This document shows, piece after piece, positions 1 to 9,815 of a DNA stretch of 64,000 nt. The first letter of the stretch is position 1. Every line of letters begins with the position of its first letter. This DNA is from an uncultured Fibrobacterota bacterium. Lineage in GTDB: Bacteria > Fibrobacterota > Chitinivibrionia > Chitinivibrionales > FEN-1185. A program made the position numbers and the translations under genes. The notes under the pieces are model-generated. The model was given only the letters and a program-made list of their open reading frames with translations, made no database searches and was not told where the DNA came from. The stretch covers positions 128,001-192,000 of the forward strand of contig CAVWBU010000026.1 in NCBI GenBank assembly GCA_963753345.1. The letters run 5' to 3'.

Positions 1-96
1 CGCTTCCTCCTCCACCGGAAGGGTCTTGTTCTTGCCGATCTCCTTGAGATACAGCGCGAGCGAGTTTTCTTCCGTGAGGAACTGGTTCTTATCCAT
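1..96 (-). CDS. RNA polymerase sigma-70 family factor (RpoD/RpoS-like), N-terminus only; runs off the window edge
   Basis: Manual translation MDKNQFLTEENSLALYLKEIGKNKTLPVEEEA matches sigma-70 region 1.2 (YLxEIG...L..EEE). Confidence 0.8.
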   Translation of the reverse strand, partial: MDKNQFLTEENSLALYLKEIGKNKTLPVEEEA

Positions 97-331
97 ACGC
101 GGCACGGCTATGCTTTCGTGGGGATTTTGTAAAGCATGTGGCGAAGGACTCTACCGGTTGTGGTCGGGCGCAGTTCGGTTCAGGGCTTTGTGAGATGATT
201 GCCGTGTTAGCCAAAATACTACATAATTGTTACGGGGTGGACAAAAAATATGGGACGGAATATAGGGGTTTACCGTGCAGCATTGTTGGGGTCGGACTGA
301 GGAATCGCGCCATGAACCGACCGGGCCGGCC

Positions 332-1339
332 CTACTTCTTCCAGAGGAAAATGAGGTAAAGGATCAGGGCGCAATAGAACGCGCCGCCTAGACAGAGAAT
401 AAAAGGATTGATGGACTTCCTGACCTTGACCCATGCGAGCACCGCAACCGCCGATGCCAAAGCGCAGGCGGCCGAAACGAGCGTGGCGCCTTTGAGGTCC
501 CATTCGGTAAAGAGCATGCCGAACACCACCGGGAAACAGCTTTGAAACACCATGGCGCCCGTTATGTTGCCGAGCGCAAGCGTGTCTTTGCCCTTGCCAA
601 CCCAGAGGACGGAGTTGATTTTTTCCGGGAGTTCGGTGGCGATGGGCGTGATGATGAGTGACAGGATGAGCGGCGATATGCCCAGCGCCAGCGACAGCGC
701 CTGGACATAGACAACGAAATAATGCGCGCCCGCGATCAGCAGCGCCAGGCTCAGGCAAAGTTGGACAAGGATTACCGGAACCGTTGCCGGCAGGCGAGCA
801 AACCTGGCGAGATACAATTCGCCGGCGTTTTCAACTTCCTTTCCTTCGCTTCTCATGGCCTGCCGAAGGTACAGCGGATACGACACGAGCAGACCGATTG
901 CGACAACCGCCTTGAGGACGGTGAGGCCATGGTAAAAGGTTGCGCTCACCGCGATGCCGTAGAACAGGATAAAGAATACCAGATCCCGTGTAAGGTTGCT
1001 TAGGTCGGCGCTCATGCGCATAGTACGTCTGCCCATCAGCGAATAGACAATAATGGCGGTGCCCGTGACGAAAAACGCGAGCGTCGCGAGCATGAAGGGA
1101 GCGCCTGCAATCGCGCCGATGCCCACGGCGCGGCCGGCATTCCCGCCGGTGAACAGGATCGCGATGATGGGAATGATGGTCTCGGGCAGCGCAGTGCCCA
1201 CGGCGGCCAGAACGCTGCCCACAAAGCCCTGGTGCAAATGAAGCGCCTTGCCAAGCAGTTCGATTGCATTGACAAATACGATGCAGGAGAGCAGAATGAC
1301 AAGCAGGCTTGCGATAAGGAATGCCGAGTCGAGGATCAT
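332..1339 (-). CDS. Sodium:calcium antiporter family membrane protein
   Basis: Hydrophobic, with two alpha-repeat motifs (AVGTALPE, PIATELPE...ALGNITG). Start placed at MILDSA. Confidence 0.9.
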   Translation of the reverse strand: MILDSAFLIASLLVILLSCIVFVNAIELLGKALHLHQGFVGSVLAAVGTALPETIIPIIAILFTGGNAGRAVGIGAIAGAPFMLATLAFFVTGTAIIVYSLMGRRTMRMSADLSNLTRDLVFFILFYGIAVSATFYHGLTVLKAVVAIGLLVSYPLYLRQAMRSEGKEVENAGELYLARFARLPATVPVILVQLCLSLALLIAGAHYFVVYVQALSLALGISPLILSLIITPIATELPEKINSVLWVGKGKDTLALGNITGAMVFQSCFPVVFGMLFTEWDLKGATLVSAACALASAVAVLAWVKVRKSINPFILCLGGAFYCALILYLIFLWKK

Positions 1340-1518
1340 TGGGTTGTCCGGAAATGGGATGAGTTGTAGAGGCAGAACCTCTGTGTAATCACAAAACTTG
1401 ATTTTGATGTCATTCCCACGGAAACATGCCATCGACACGCGAGAAAACGCACTTGCCGCTATTCCTGCCCGGCTATCATAAAATAATTATATAACCGCGC
1501 AGTCCTGTCGTTTCTCGC

Positions 1519-1539
1519 GTTTTCACAGAGTGTGAAAAC
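1519..1539. promoter_or_regulatory. Perfect 9-bp inverted repeat (GTTTTCACA-GAG-TGTGAAAAC), candidate transcription factor operator
   Basis: Palindrome in the divergent promoter region between the antiporter and the sugar transporter. Confidence 0.35.
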
Positions 1540-1701
1540 ATCAGGATCAAATCAATAATGAATGACCATCTGCAGGGGCGACAGGCACCGTATCTTCACT
1601 CCAAGGTTCTTCTTGACTTGCCCAAGCCCGTCTTCTTATTTTGTTGAGTCGCAGAATCCGGTTCTCACGCACCAGTCACACCTAACAAAGAGGAGAGGCT
1701 C

Positions 1702-3027
1702 ATGGCAAGCATCAGTCCAGCAGCCACCGCGACCAGCGCGCCTTTGGAACAGGGTAAAAATTACACCCCGGCTCTTGTTACGCTGACGTCGCTGTTTTTC
1801 ATTTGGGGATTCATGACGTGCCTCAACGACATTCTGATCCCTCACTTGAAGGCAATTTTCACCCTGAATTATGCAGAGGCAGCGCTCGTTCAGTTTGTGT
1901 TTTTTGCGGCCTATTTCATTGTTTCATTGCCTTCGGGCGTCATCGTGAGGAAAATCGGTTACAAAGTCGGTATCGTGGTAGGACTGCTTGTTTCCGGACT
2001 CGGCTGCGCCCTGTTCTATCCTGCGGCCAGCAGCCAGTCATATCCCGTGTTTCTTGGCGCGTTTTTTGTTCTTGCTTCAGGGATCACGCTGCTTCAGGTT
2101 GCTGCCAATCCCTACGTCGCGATCCTTGGAAAACCGGAAACATCCTCATCGCGACTGGTGCTTACCCAGGCATTCAATTCACTCGGCACCACGGTCGCGC
2201 CATGGTTCGGCTCCGTGCTTATTCTTTCGGTCGCCATCAAATCGGCAGACGAAATCGCCAAAATGGCAGACCCGGCATTGAAAGCCGCCGCGCTCCAGAC
2301 AAACGCCCACGCGGTGCAGATGCCCTACCTCATGCTGGCAGGCGTGTTCGCGCTTATGGCCATTTTCTTCGTGATTATGAAGCTGCCGAAAATCGTGGAA
2401 GAACCCCGCGAACCCGGCGCGAAACACGAAGGCACCGTCGAACTTTTTATGAAAACGCTCAAGTACCCTCATCTCGCGCTCGGCGTGCTCGGCATTTTCT
2501 TCTACGTCGGCGGCGAAGTCGCCATCGGCAGCTTCCTGGTGAACTACATGAAAGATCTGGTCGGGTTTACCGCGGAGCAGGCGGGAAAGTTCCTGATGTT
2601 CTACTGGGGCGGCGCCATGGTGGGCCGGTTTATCGGCGCAGCCGTTCTCCGGTTTATCAAGCCAAGCAGGGTCCTCGCCTTCAACGCCACCATCGTCTGC
2701 CTTCTGCTTGTTGTTACCATGGTGACCAAGAGCCATGTTGCGATGTGGTCGGTGCTTGCGATCGGCCTTTTCAACTCCATCATGTTCCCGACGATCTTCA
2801 CGCTCGCCATCGCGAAACTGGGACGCCATACCAGCTCGGGTTCCGGTCTGCTCTGCGCGGCGATTGTCGGCGGCGCGCTTGTTCCGCCGCTTATGGGGAG
2901 AGTCGCCGACATGATAGGCTTGCATTTTTCCTTTTTCATCCCGCTTATCTGTTATCTGTACATTTTCTATTACGGCTTCAAAGGGTCCACACCCAAGCTG
3001 CCCCAGGGCGTGACTGAAAAAGACTGA
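1702..3027 (+). CDS. Sugar MFS transporter (GluP/FucP glucose/galactose/fucose family)
   Basis: [48 protein letters not shown] motifs; AGGAGAGG RBS. Confidence 0.92.
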   Translation: MASISPAATATSAPLEQGKNYTPALVTLTSLFFIWGFMTCLNDILIPHLKAIFTLNYAEAALVQFVFFAAYFIVSLPSGVIVRKIGYKVGIVVGLLVSGLGCALFYPAASSQSYPVFLGAFFVLASGITLLQVAANPYVAILGKPETSSSRLVLTQAFNSLGTTVAPWFGSVLILSVAIKSADEIAKMADPALKAAALQTNAHAVQMPYLMLAGVFALMAIFFVIMKLPKIVEEPREPGAKHEGTVELFMKTLKYPHLALGVLGIFFYVGGEVAIGSFLVNYMKDLVGFTAEQAGKFLMFYWGGAMVGRFIGAAVLRFIKPSRVLAFNATIVCLLLVVTMVTKSHVAMWSVLAIGLFNSIMFPTIFTLAIAKLGRHTSSGSGLLCAAIVGGALVPPLMGRVADMIGLHFSFFIPLICYLYIFYYGFKGSTPKLPQGVTEKD

Positions 3028-3054
3028 CGATTTCTTCGCATTCTGCAATATTTC

Positions 3055-3092
3055 AACTCTCCGGCGCTGGATGGCGCCGGAGAGTTTTTTTG
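3055..3092 (+). terminator. Rho-independent terminator
   Basis: AACTCTCCGGCGC/GCGCCGGAGAGTT stem followed by a T run, just after the transporter stop. Confidence 0.85.
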
Positions 3093-3139
3093 TTGTTTTG
3101 CGGGGATTTTTACAGTCAGTCAAATGTATTTTTTGTACA

Positions 3140-4252
3140 ATGAACATCCTCGTCCTCAACTGGCGCGACATGAAGCACCCGCAGGCGGGCGGCGCCGAGG
3201 TGCATTTCCAGGAGATCTTCAAGCGGTTTGTCCGGAAGGGGCACCGCGTTGTCCTCCTCACCACCCGCTTCCCGGGCTGCGCAGCGCAGGACGAACAGGA
3301 CGGCATCACGGTTTATCGCTGGGGGCACACCTACCTTTTCAATTGGGAAACGCCGTTTCTTGTTAGAAAAGTCTTCCGCCGGCACTCAATCGATTGCATC
3401 ATCGACGACATGAACAAGCTTCCGTTCTTTTCGCCGCAAAGGTTTCCCACAAAGCCGTGCGGCGTGATCTTCCATCACCTGTTCGGCGCAACAGTGTTCG
3501 AGCTCGCGGCGTATCCGCTGGCGCGGTACGTGCAGTTCATGGAGCGCCTGAGCGTGCGGGCGTACCGGAACACTCCCTGCTGCGCCGTGTCGCAGAGCAC
3601 GGCAACGGAGCTTGTCGAGCGAGGATTTTCTCGGGAGAAAATCCGGATCATCGAAAACAGCGTGGACACCGACGCGTACACCCCGGACGCAGGGGTGCCC
3701 AAGGAGCCCGACCTCCTGGTGTACGCCGGCAGGCTCAAGAAGTACAAGAACGTGGCAATCGTGCTTGACGCAATGAAACGCCTCGCGGAAACGGGCAGGC
3801 GCGTGAGACTTGCGATTGCGGGATCCGGGGACGACGAAAAAAACCTGGCCGCACATGCGGACCGGCTCGGCATTGCGCAGCAGGTGCAATTTCTCGGCTA
3901 TGTGGGCGAAGCCGCCAAGATCGACCTGTACCGCAGGGCTGCAGTGTTTGTAAACCCGTCGCTCAAGGAGGGGTGGGGCATCACAAACATCGAGGCGGGC
4001 GCCTGCGGCACCGCAGTGGTGGCCAACGACGTGCCCGGCCTCCGTGACTCGGTGCGACACAACGAGACGGGGCTTCTTTACAAAGAAAACGACTGCGGCG
4101 ACCTCGTGCGCTGCCTTGCCGCGGTACTTGCCGATCCGGCGCTCCGCGCGAGGTTCGAAACTGCGGGACGGGCGCACGCGCTCCGGTTTTCGTGGGACGA
4201 GAGCGCGCGCAGGATGGAGGCATGGGTGACGGAGGCGGTATGCGCAAGGTAG
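3140..4252 (+). CDS. Glycosyltransferase family 4
   Basis: N-terminal NWRD..HP.AGGAE; GRLKKYKN; C-terminal EGWGITNIEA (EX7E-type) motif. Confidence 0.92.
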   Translation: MNILVLNWRDMKHPQAGGAEVHFQEIFKRFVRKGHRVVLLTTRFPGCAAQDEQDGITVYRWGHTYLFNWETPFLVRKVFRRHSIDCIIDDMNKLPFFSPQRFPTKPCGVIFHHLFGATVFELAAYPLARYVQFMERLSVRAYRNTPCCAVSQSTATELVERGFSREKIRIIENSVDTDAYTPDAGVPKEPDLLVYAGRLKKYKNVAIVLDAMKRLAETGRRVRLAIAGSGDDEKNLAAHADRLGIAQQVQFLGYVGEAAKIDLYRRAAVFVNPSLKEGWGITNIEAGACGTAVVANDVPGLRDSVRHNETGLLYKENDCGDLVRCLAAVLADPALRARFETAGRAHALRFSWDESARRMEAWVTEAVCAR

Positions 4253-5205
4253 GGTGGGCAATTGTCAAGGTCCTTGTGACCGTTGCCGTGCTCGTCTTTA
4301 TCGTGTGGAAGCTCGGTTTCGGGCAAATCCTCTCGACGGTTTCCCAGGCCGATCCCTGGTGGCTTTGTGCCGCGCTTGTCGTGTTCTTCGTGAGCGGGTG
4401 GCTGGGCGTGGTGCAGTGGGAGATCATTCTTAAAAACAGGGGGGTCACGCTTCCGTTTTCCCGGGTCTTCTCCCTGTATTTCATCGGCATGTTCTTCAAT
4501 AATTTCGCACTGGGGATCATTGCGGGCGACGCGGTGAAAGTCGCCTATATCAAGATCGGCGAGGGGCAGGGCAAGGCCGGGTTCGCCGCCACGTTCCTCG
4601 ACCGTTTTGCCGGGCTCTGGGTGATGCTCGGCTACGCGGTGTTCGGCAGCGTGCTGCTCATCAAGCAGAAGGCGCTCGAAAGCCGGAGCATGACGCTGGC
4701 GATTGTCGCGCTGTTCGTCGCGTTTGCCTGCTTCGGCGGCGCGCTCGCGTTCCTCATGTCGAAAAAGCTCCAGACGCTTGCCTTTGCGCTTATCGACAGG
4801 CTTCCCTTCCGGCGGAAAGACGCGCTCAGGCGGATACTTGACGAAACGATAATCGAGTCCCACGACGTCCACATCCTCCTGCCCGTGGGCGTGCTGTCGA
4901 CCGTGGTCCAGTTCATGAGGATCGGCGTGCACATCCTGTGCGCGGGCGCGCTCGGCATGCTTTCCGCAGCGAACATCCACTATTTTTTCATCTTCGTGCC
5001 CATCCTCGCCATGATGATGGTGGCGCCGCTCCCGTTCGGCGTGCGGGAAAGCGTGGGCGGCGCGCTGTTCGCCTTTGCCGGGTTCAAGCTGGAGGCCGCC
5101 ATTGTGATGGGGTTCCTCGCCACGCTGGTGGGGAGCGCAGCGAGCCTCGTGGGCGGTATCCTGTTCGTGATGAACAAACTTCATTTGTCAAGGAAACCGG
5201 TATGA
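4240..5205 (+). CDS. Lysylphosphatidylglycerol synthase TM / flippase-like membrane protein
   Basis: Multi-TM, YFIGMFFNNF..G..GDAVK, ATFLDR, P.GVRE motifs; lies between glycosyltransferases. Confidence 0.8.
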   Translation: MRKVGWAIVKVLVTVAVLVFIVWKLGFGQILSTVSQADPWWLCAALVVFFVSGWLGVVQWEIILKNRGVTLPFSRVFSLYFIGMFFNNFALGIIAGDAVKVAYIKIGEGQGKAGFAATFLDRFAGLWVMLGYAVFGSVLLIKQKALESRSMTLAIVALFVAFACFGGALAFLMSKKLQTLAFALIDRLPFRRKDALRRILDETIIESHDVHILLPVGVLSTVVQFMRIGVHILCAGALGMLSAANIHYFFIFVPILAMMMVAPLPFGVRESVGGALFAFAGFKLEAAIVMGFLATLVGSAASLVGGILFVMNKLHLSRKPV

Positions 5206-6122
5206 AACTGTCCGTTGTCGTTCCGCTGCTCAACGAAAACGAAAGCCTTGCGCCCCTCATGGAGGGGATCGACGCGTCGCTCTCACGCGCGGGTGTCGCG
5301 TACGAAGCGGTGTTCGTCGACGACGGCAGCACCGACGGGTCCTTTAGGACGCTTGCTGCCCTGGCGAACCGCTATCCCGGCAGGGTGCGCGCCCTGCGCT
5401 TCGGCCGCAACTACGGCAAGGCGGCCGCGCTGTCGGTGGGCATCGAGGCCGCGGCCGGCGACGTCATCGTCACCATGGACGCCGACCTGCAGGACGATCC
5501 CGAGGTGATCCCGGACATGGTGAAACTCCTCGACAGCGGCTGGGATGTGGTAAGCGGCTGGAAGAAGAAGCGCTACGATCCCATCACCAAGACCCTGCCG
5601 TCAAAACTGTGGAACCTTGCCACGTCGCTCGTCGCAGGCGTAAAGCTGCACGATTTCAACTGCGGGTTCAAGGCGTACCGCGCCGAAGCGGCGAAAAGCC
5701 TCGAAATATACGGTGAGCGCCACCGCTACCTGCCGGTGCTCGCCGCGTGGAACGGCTACCGCATCACCGAAATGGTGGTGCCGCACCATCCGCGCAAGTT
5801 CGGAAAATCGAAATACGGGTTCGGCAGGGGTCTCAAGGGCATCTTTGATCTTCTCACGCTCCTGTTCCTCCGCAAATACATCAGGAACCCCTTGCACTTC
5901 TTCGGCCTGGTGGGGGTGCTGCTCGCGCTGCTCGGGTCATTGGTGCTGGCCTACTTCGGCGTGGAATGGATCGTAACGCGGCAGATGCATATCCGGCCCC
6001 TTGTTCTTTTGTCAATGGGGGCGATCATCATGGGCATCCAGTTCGTATCCATAGGCCTCATTGGCGAGATGATCACTCATTCCGCGCCAAAGAGCGTGTA
6101 CCAGATAAAGGAGCGGCTGTAG
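5202..6122 (+). CDS. Glycosyltransferase family 2 (polyprenol-phosphate glycosyltransferase, ArnC/DPM-like)
   Basis: SVVVPLLNE, FVDDGSTD, RNYGKAAA, MDADLQDDP, HDFNCGFKAY motifs; two C-terminal TMs. Confidence 0.92.
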   Translation: MKLSVVVPLLNENESLAPLMEGIDASLSRAGVAYEAVFVDDGSTDGSFRTLAALANRYPGRVRALRFGRNYGKAAALSVGIEAAAGDVIVTMDADLQDDPEVIPDMVKLLDSGWDVVSGWKKKRYDPITKTLPSKLWNLATSLVAGVKLHDFNCGFKAYRAEAAKSLEIYGERHRYLPVLAAWNGYRITEMVVPHHPRKFGKSKYGFGRGLKGIFDLLTLLFLRKYIRNPLHFFGLVGVLLALLGSLVLAYFGVEWIVTRQMHIRPLVLLSMGAIIMGIQFVSIGLIGEMITHSAPKSVYQIKERL

Positions 6123-6199
6123 GCGGAGATTTACTTCTGCAAATAATAAATAAAGAAATCAAAATGCTTTTGGGAGCTTCGCGGGGTGCGGCGTACTCA

Positions 6200-7286
6200 A
6201 TGAAAATCCTCTGCATCTGCCCCATCGGCATCGGCAATTACCTGATGTGCTACCCGGCGTTCGCCGCGCTCAGGCGGCAAAGGCCGGAGGCGGCGCTCCA
6301 CCTGCTCGCGCTGCGCCACGGGATTGCCGCTATCGCCGAAGGTGATCCGATGTGGGAACGCGTCCATGTTTTCGACCCGGACAGATTGCGGTCGGGCGCT
6401 CTGGAATCCGCGGCCGTGCTGTTCAGTCTGAGAGGCCTGCGGTTCGACGCGAGCCTCTGCTTTTTTCCCTCCAATACCTGGCAGTATTTCGCGTTCCCCC
6501 TGCTGTGCGGCATACGGCGGCGGTACGGCTTTCGGTACAACCTTAAGCGTTTGTCAAGCCTTTCTTTTCTCGGAACGGATCTTCTTCCGGTCGATCCATC
6601 GCTTCACGATGTCAACCAGAATCTCGGGCTGGTTGGCTTTTTCCTCGGTGAAAACATCGAAAATGCCGAAATAACCTTTCCCCGCCAATTCGGCGGAGGA
6701 CGACGCGAAATGGGCCAAGGATTTCCGCCGCTTGTGCGCGGGGGATTCGAAACTCATTGCCGTCCACCCCGGCTCGAGCGTGGAGCACGGCATGGACGTG
6801 AAGCGCTGGCCGCCGGATCGGTTTGCGGCGCTTGCCGACCTGGCGTGCCGGCGGCTCGGCGCCCGCGCCCTTATCGTGGGCTCGGCTGATGAGGCGGATG
6901 TCAAGCAGGCCGTCGCCGCGGCCATGAAGGAGGGCGCGACCGTGGTGGAGCCGGTGTCCATCCAAAAGACCGCGGCGCTGCTTGCGGAATGCGCATGCTG
7001 CATCGCCAATGATTCGGGCATCATGCACATGGCCGCCTGCATGGGCGTTCCCACGGCGGGCGTCTTCGGCCCAACCGATGAAAAGAGAAACGGGCCGTTC
7101 GGCGAAAAGAACCTCGTGATCCGCAAACCGATGCTAGGATTTCCCGTCTATACCGCCGACAATGTGGGCGACCGCTCCGTGCCGCCCGGGATTGACCCAA
7201 GGGCTTCTCTGAGGGCATTGACGGCAGAAGAAGCGTGGGATCATCTCGCCTCGTGGCTCACAACAGCGTTCGGCCCGCCGGCGTGA
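6200..7286 (+). pseudogene. Glycosyltransferase family 9 (heptosyltransferase-like), interrupted by a +1 frameshift near 6680
   Basis: N-half (GIGNYLM) and C-half (IAVHPGS, KRWP, NDSGIMHMA, FGPT) are in different frames. Removing one C from CCCC at 6680-6683 restores ITFPANSAEDDAKW. May be an assembly error. Confidence 0.75.
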
Positions 7287-7381
7287 ACTCGCTATGGAGG
7301 ACTTTTGTCTTGCTCGCGCGCCGCAATGAATTGTAAAATCTAGGAAACATCGTCGATTCCATCTCTCAAGGAGGGCTCTTC

Positions 7382-9706
7382 ATGACGGCCAGAAGCGTAT
7401 TGCCAGCGGTTTTCTTCCTTCTTTCCATTGTCAATTTGTCTCCCGCCGGCTTCAGCGTGCGGCCGGATTCCGGCGTGATCCTCGTTTGGCAGCACGACAA
7501 GGCGAACTGGGCCGCGGTGAAAGACACCGCCTCCGTTTCGGCCGGCGATTCGCTGTACCTCGACGACAAATACCACGCAAGACTGTTCCTTGGAAACGGC
7601 TGCGCAGTGTTTCTTCGCGGCGAATTGCGCGCGAACCTTGCGGGAAGCGACACTGCTCTCATACTTCACCTCGACGCGGGCCAGCTGTTTTTGAGGCGCG
7701 ACCCCGGCGCGGTGCTTGCAAATGTCAAGGTGGTCCTGCACGGCTGCAAGTTCGTCCCGGTGGGGACGGCCGCATCCTTCAAGTTCACGCGGCAGGGTGA
7801 GCCGTCGGTGGCCGTGCTGTCGGGCAAGGTCCGTGTTGAGCCCGCCAAGGGCGGCACAGCCGAGGTGTTGCCGGGAGAGTTCTGCACCTACGATCCGGTC
7901 CTCGGCGTGTTCAAGCAGGGAAAACTCTCCGCCGAAGCGATTGCCGCGCTGGAAAACTGGTCGGGCGCGAAACTCGAAACCGCGTCCGCAGCTTTGTCGT
8001 CCGAAATGCCGAAGCAGGCGGCAAAGGATACAACCAGCAAGGCCGTACAGCCTGCCGCCGTGCCCCAAGCGGCGCAGCCTGCCCCGGCCCCGCAGCCTGC
8101 GCCCGCAGCGGCCCAGCCTGCGGCCGCCGCGACTCCTGAAAAGCAAGTGGCTACAACGCCTGCGGCCCCGGTGAAGAAGGAAGAAAAACCGGCACAGCCG
8201 GCCGCCGCTCCTGCGGAAGCTCCCGCTCAGAAAGAGGAAAAACCGGCCCCGGCTGCACAGCAGGAGAAGAAGGAGCAGCCCAAGGCCGGCCAGAACGGAG
8301 CGCCCGGGATTACGTGGGAAATTTCGGCCGGGTCCGTCACCGTGGGAACCGAACAATGGACGCGGCTTGCGATCTCCCCGGACATTTCGATCTGGAAATT
8401 CGGCATCGGACTCGACATTGAGCTGTTCCTCAACGCAAACGGAGATTTTTCAAACAAGGCCTGGGATTTCGACCACGACAACTGGGCCGAATCCGTGATG
8501 CGGAAGATCAAGTACCTGCGGTTCGGCTACGAGAACGATCCTGTGTTTGTCAAGATAGGCGGGCTGTCGAACGTGACCCTCGGCTACGGGTTCGTGATGG
8601 ACCGTTTCACCAACATGCTGCACTATCCTGACCAGAAGCTGCTCGGCATGCAGTTTTATCTCAACAACATTTCACCCGTGGGCATCACGCTGCAGACCAT
8701 GATCGCCGATTTTCTGGAGCTCAAGTACGACGGCGGCATTGCCGCCGCGCGGCTTGCCATTTGTCCCATCAAGACTGCGAATGTTCCTATTCTGTCAAAT
8801 TTGTCAATCGGCGCCACCTACGCAATCGACCGAAACGAGTACGCGCCCGCGCGCCAGTGGACGTCGGCGGGCGGGCCTCCCGGCGTGGCATACTGGAGGA
8901 GCAAGTACTCGCCCGCGGTGGTCGATAGCCTTATTGCGGGCGGGGACGCGGATACCAGCAAGTCGGACACCACCTACCGCGATTCCATTTCGCGCTATGC
9001 GATCGCCGGCGTCGACATCGGCCTGCCCATCATCAAGACGGATTTCCTCGGCCTCGACGTGTACGGCCAGGCCGCGGTGGTTGCCGACACTGCGGCGTTC
9101 AAGAGCAACCGCACCGGATGGGGTCTGGGCGCGCCGGGCGTGGCGCTTCGTGCGGGGCCGGTCAGCGCGGGCGCCGAGTACCGTCACATCGTGGGAAGGT
9201 TCGTTCCGGGATATTTCGGGCCGTATTATTTTGACGAGCGGCTGCAGCGGTATCCGACGGTCGAGACGAAATCGCAGAACATCGACAGCACCACCCTCGA
9301 CGGTGTGTTCGGCCGGCTCGGATTCAACATTGTCAATGTCGTCTTCATCGACGGCACTTACCAGTATCTTGCGGGAAAGAACGGCGCCAAGGACCAGCGG
9401 CTTGAGCTTTCAGGCGGGCTGGGAGACGCGCTTCTCAAGCGGATACCGAAGATAACCAAGGCTGAGATATACCTTGACAAGAAGGATATCGGTTCCACGG
9501 TGATGAGCGTCGACAGTATGGGCAAGGAGCACTTCGACGCGTTCTTCGACCTCACGCCGTCGTTCTATTATGGATACCGCATCGGCGTGGCCATCACGCA
9601 GGGCGCGTCGCTCATCTGGGACGCGCGCTTCGGATACCAGTGGGACGTTACGGGGAAGCTGGTTCCGGACAACAGCATGAGCATTATGACGGCGATTACG
9701 TTTTGA
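7382..9706 (+). CDS. Exported protein: FecR-like N-terminal domain, Pro/Ala/Gln-rich linker, probable outer-membrane beta-barrel C-terminus
   Basis: Signal peptide; FecR-like LHLDAGQL..VGT..VAVLSGKV; low-complexity linker; amphipathic strands ending in Phe. Confidence 0.6.
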   Translation: MTARSVLPAVFFLLSIVNLSPAGFSVRPDSGVILVWQHDKANWAAVKDTASVSAGDSLYLDDKYHARLFLGNGCAVFLRGELRANLAGSDTALILHLDAGQLFLRRDPGAVLANVKVVLHGCKFVPVGTAASFKFTRQGEPSVAVLSGKVRVEPAKGGTAEVLPGEFCTYDPVLGVFKQGKLSAEAIAALENWSGAKLETASAALSSEMPKQAAKDTTSKAVQPAAVPQAAQPAPAPQPAPAAAQPAAAATPEKQVATTPAAPVKKEEKPAQPAAAPAEAPAQKEEKPAPAAQQEKKEQPKAGQNGAPGITWEISAGSVTVGTEQWTRLAISPDISIWKFGIGLDIELFLNANGDFSNKAWDFDHDNWAESVMRKIKYLRFGYENDPVFVKIGGLSNVTLGYGFVMDRFTNMLHYPDQKLLGMQFYLNNISPVGITLQTMIADFLELKYDGGIAAARLAICPIKTANVPILSNLSIGATYAIDRNEYAPARQWTSAGGPPGVAYWRSKYSPAVVDSLIAGGDADTSKSDTTYRDSISRYAIAGVDIGLPIIKTDFLGLDVYGQAAVVADTAAFKSNRTGWGLGAPGVALRAGPVSAGAEYRHIVGRFVPGYFGPYYFDERLQRYPTVETKSQNIDSTTLDGVFGRLGFNIVNVVFIDGTYQYLAGKNGAKDQRLELSGGLGDALLKRIPKITKAEIYLDKKDIGSTVMSVDSMGKEHFDAFFDLTPSFYYGYRIGVAITQGASLIWDARFGYQWDVTGKLVPDNSMSIMTAITF

Positions 9707-9815
9707 CAAGTAATTCCCAAGGTTCCGGAATGGCCGCATGCCGCGCCACTGCCGCGGGCGCCTGAGTTATTTTTTAAGCATGAGCGACCGGCGCGCCATT
9801 CTTTCCGAATCCCCC

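Noticed and set aside
1340-1700. Riboswitch (e.g. yybP-ykoY) upstream of the Na/Ca antiporter
   Set aside because: No recognisable consensus found by eye; would need an Rfam scan
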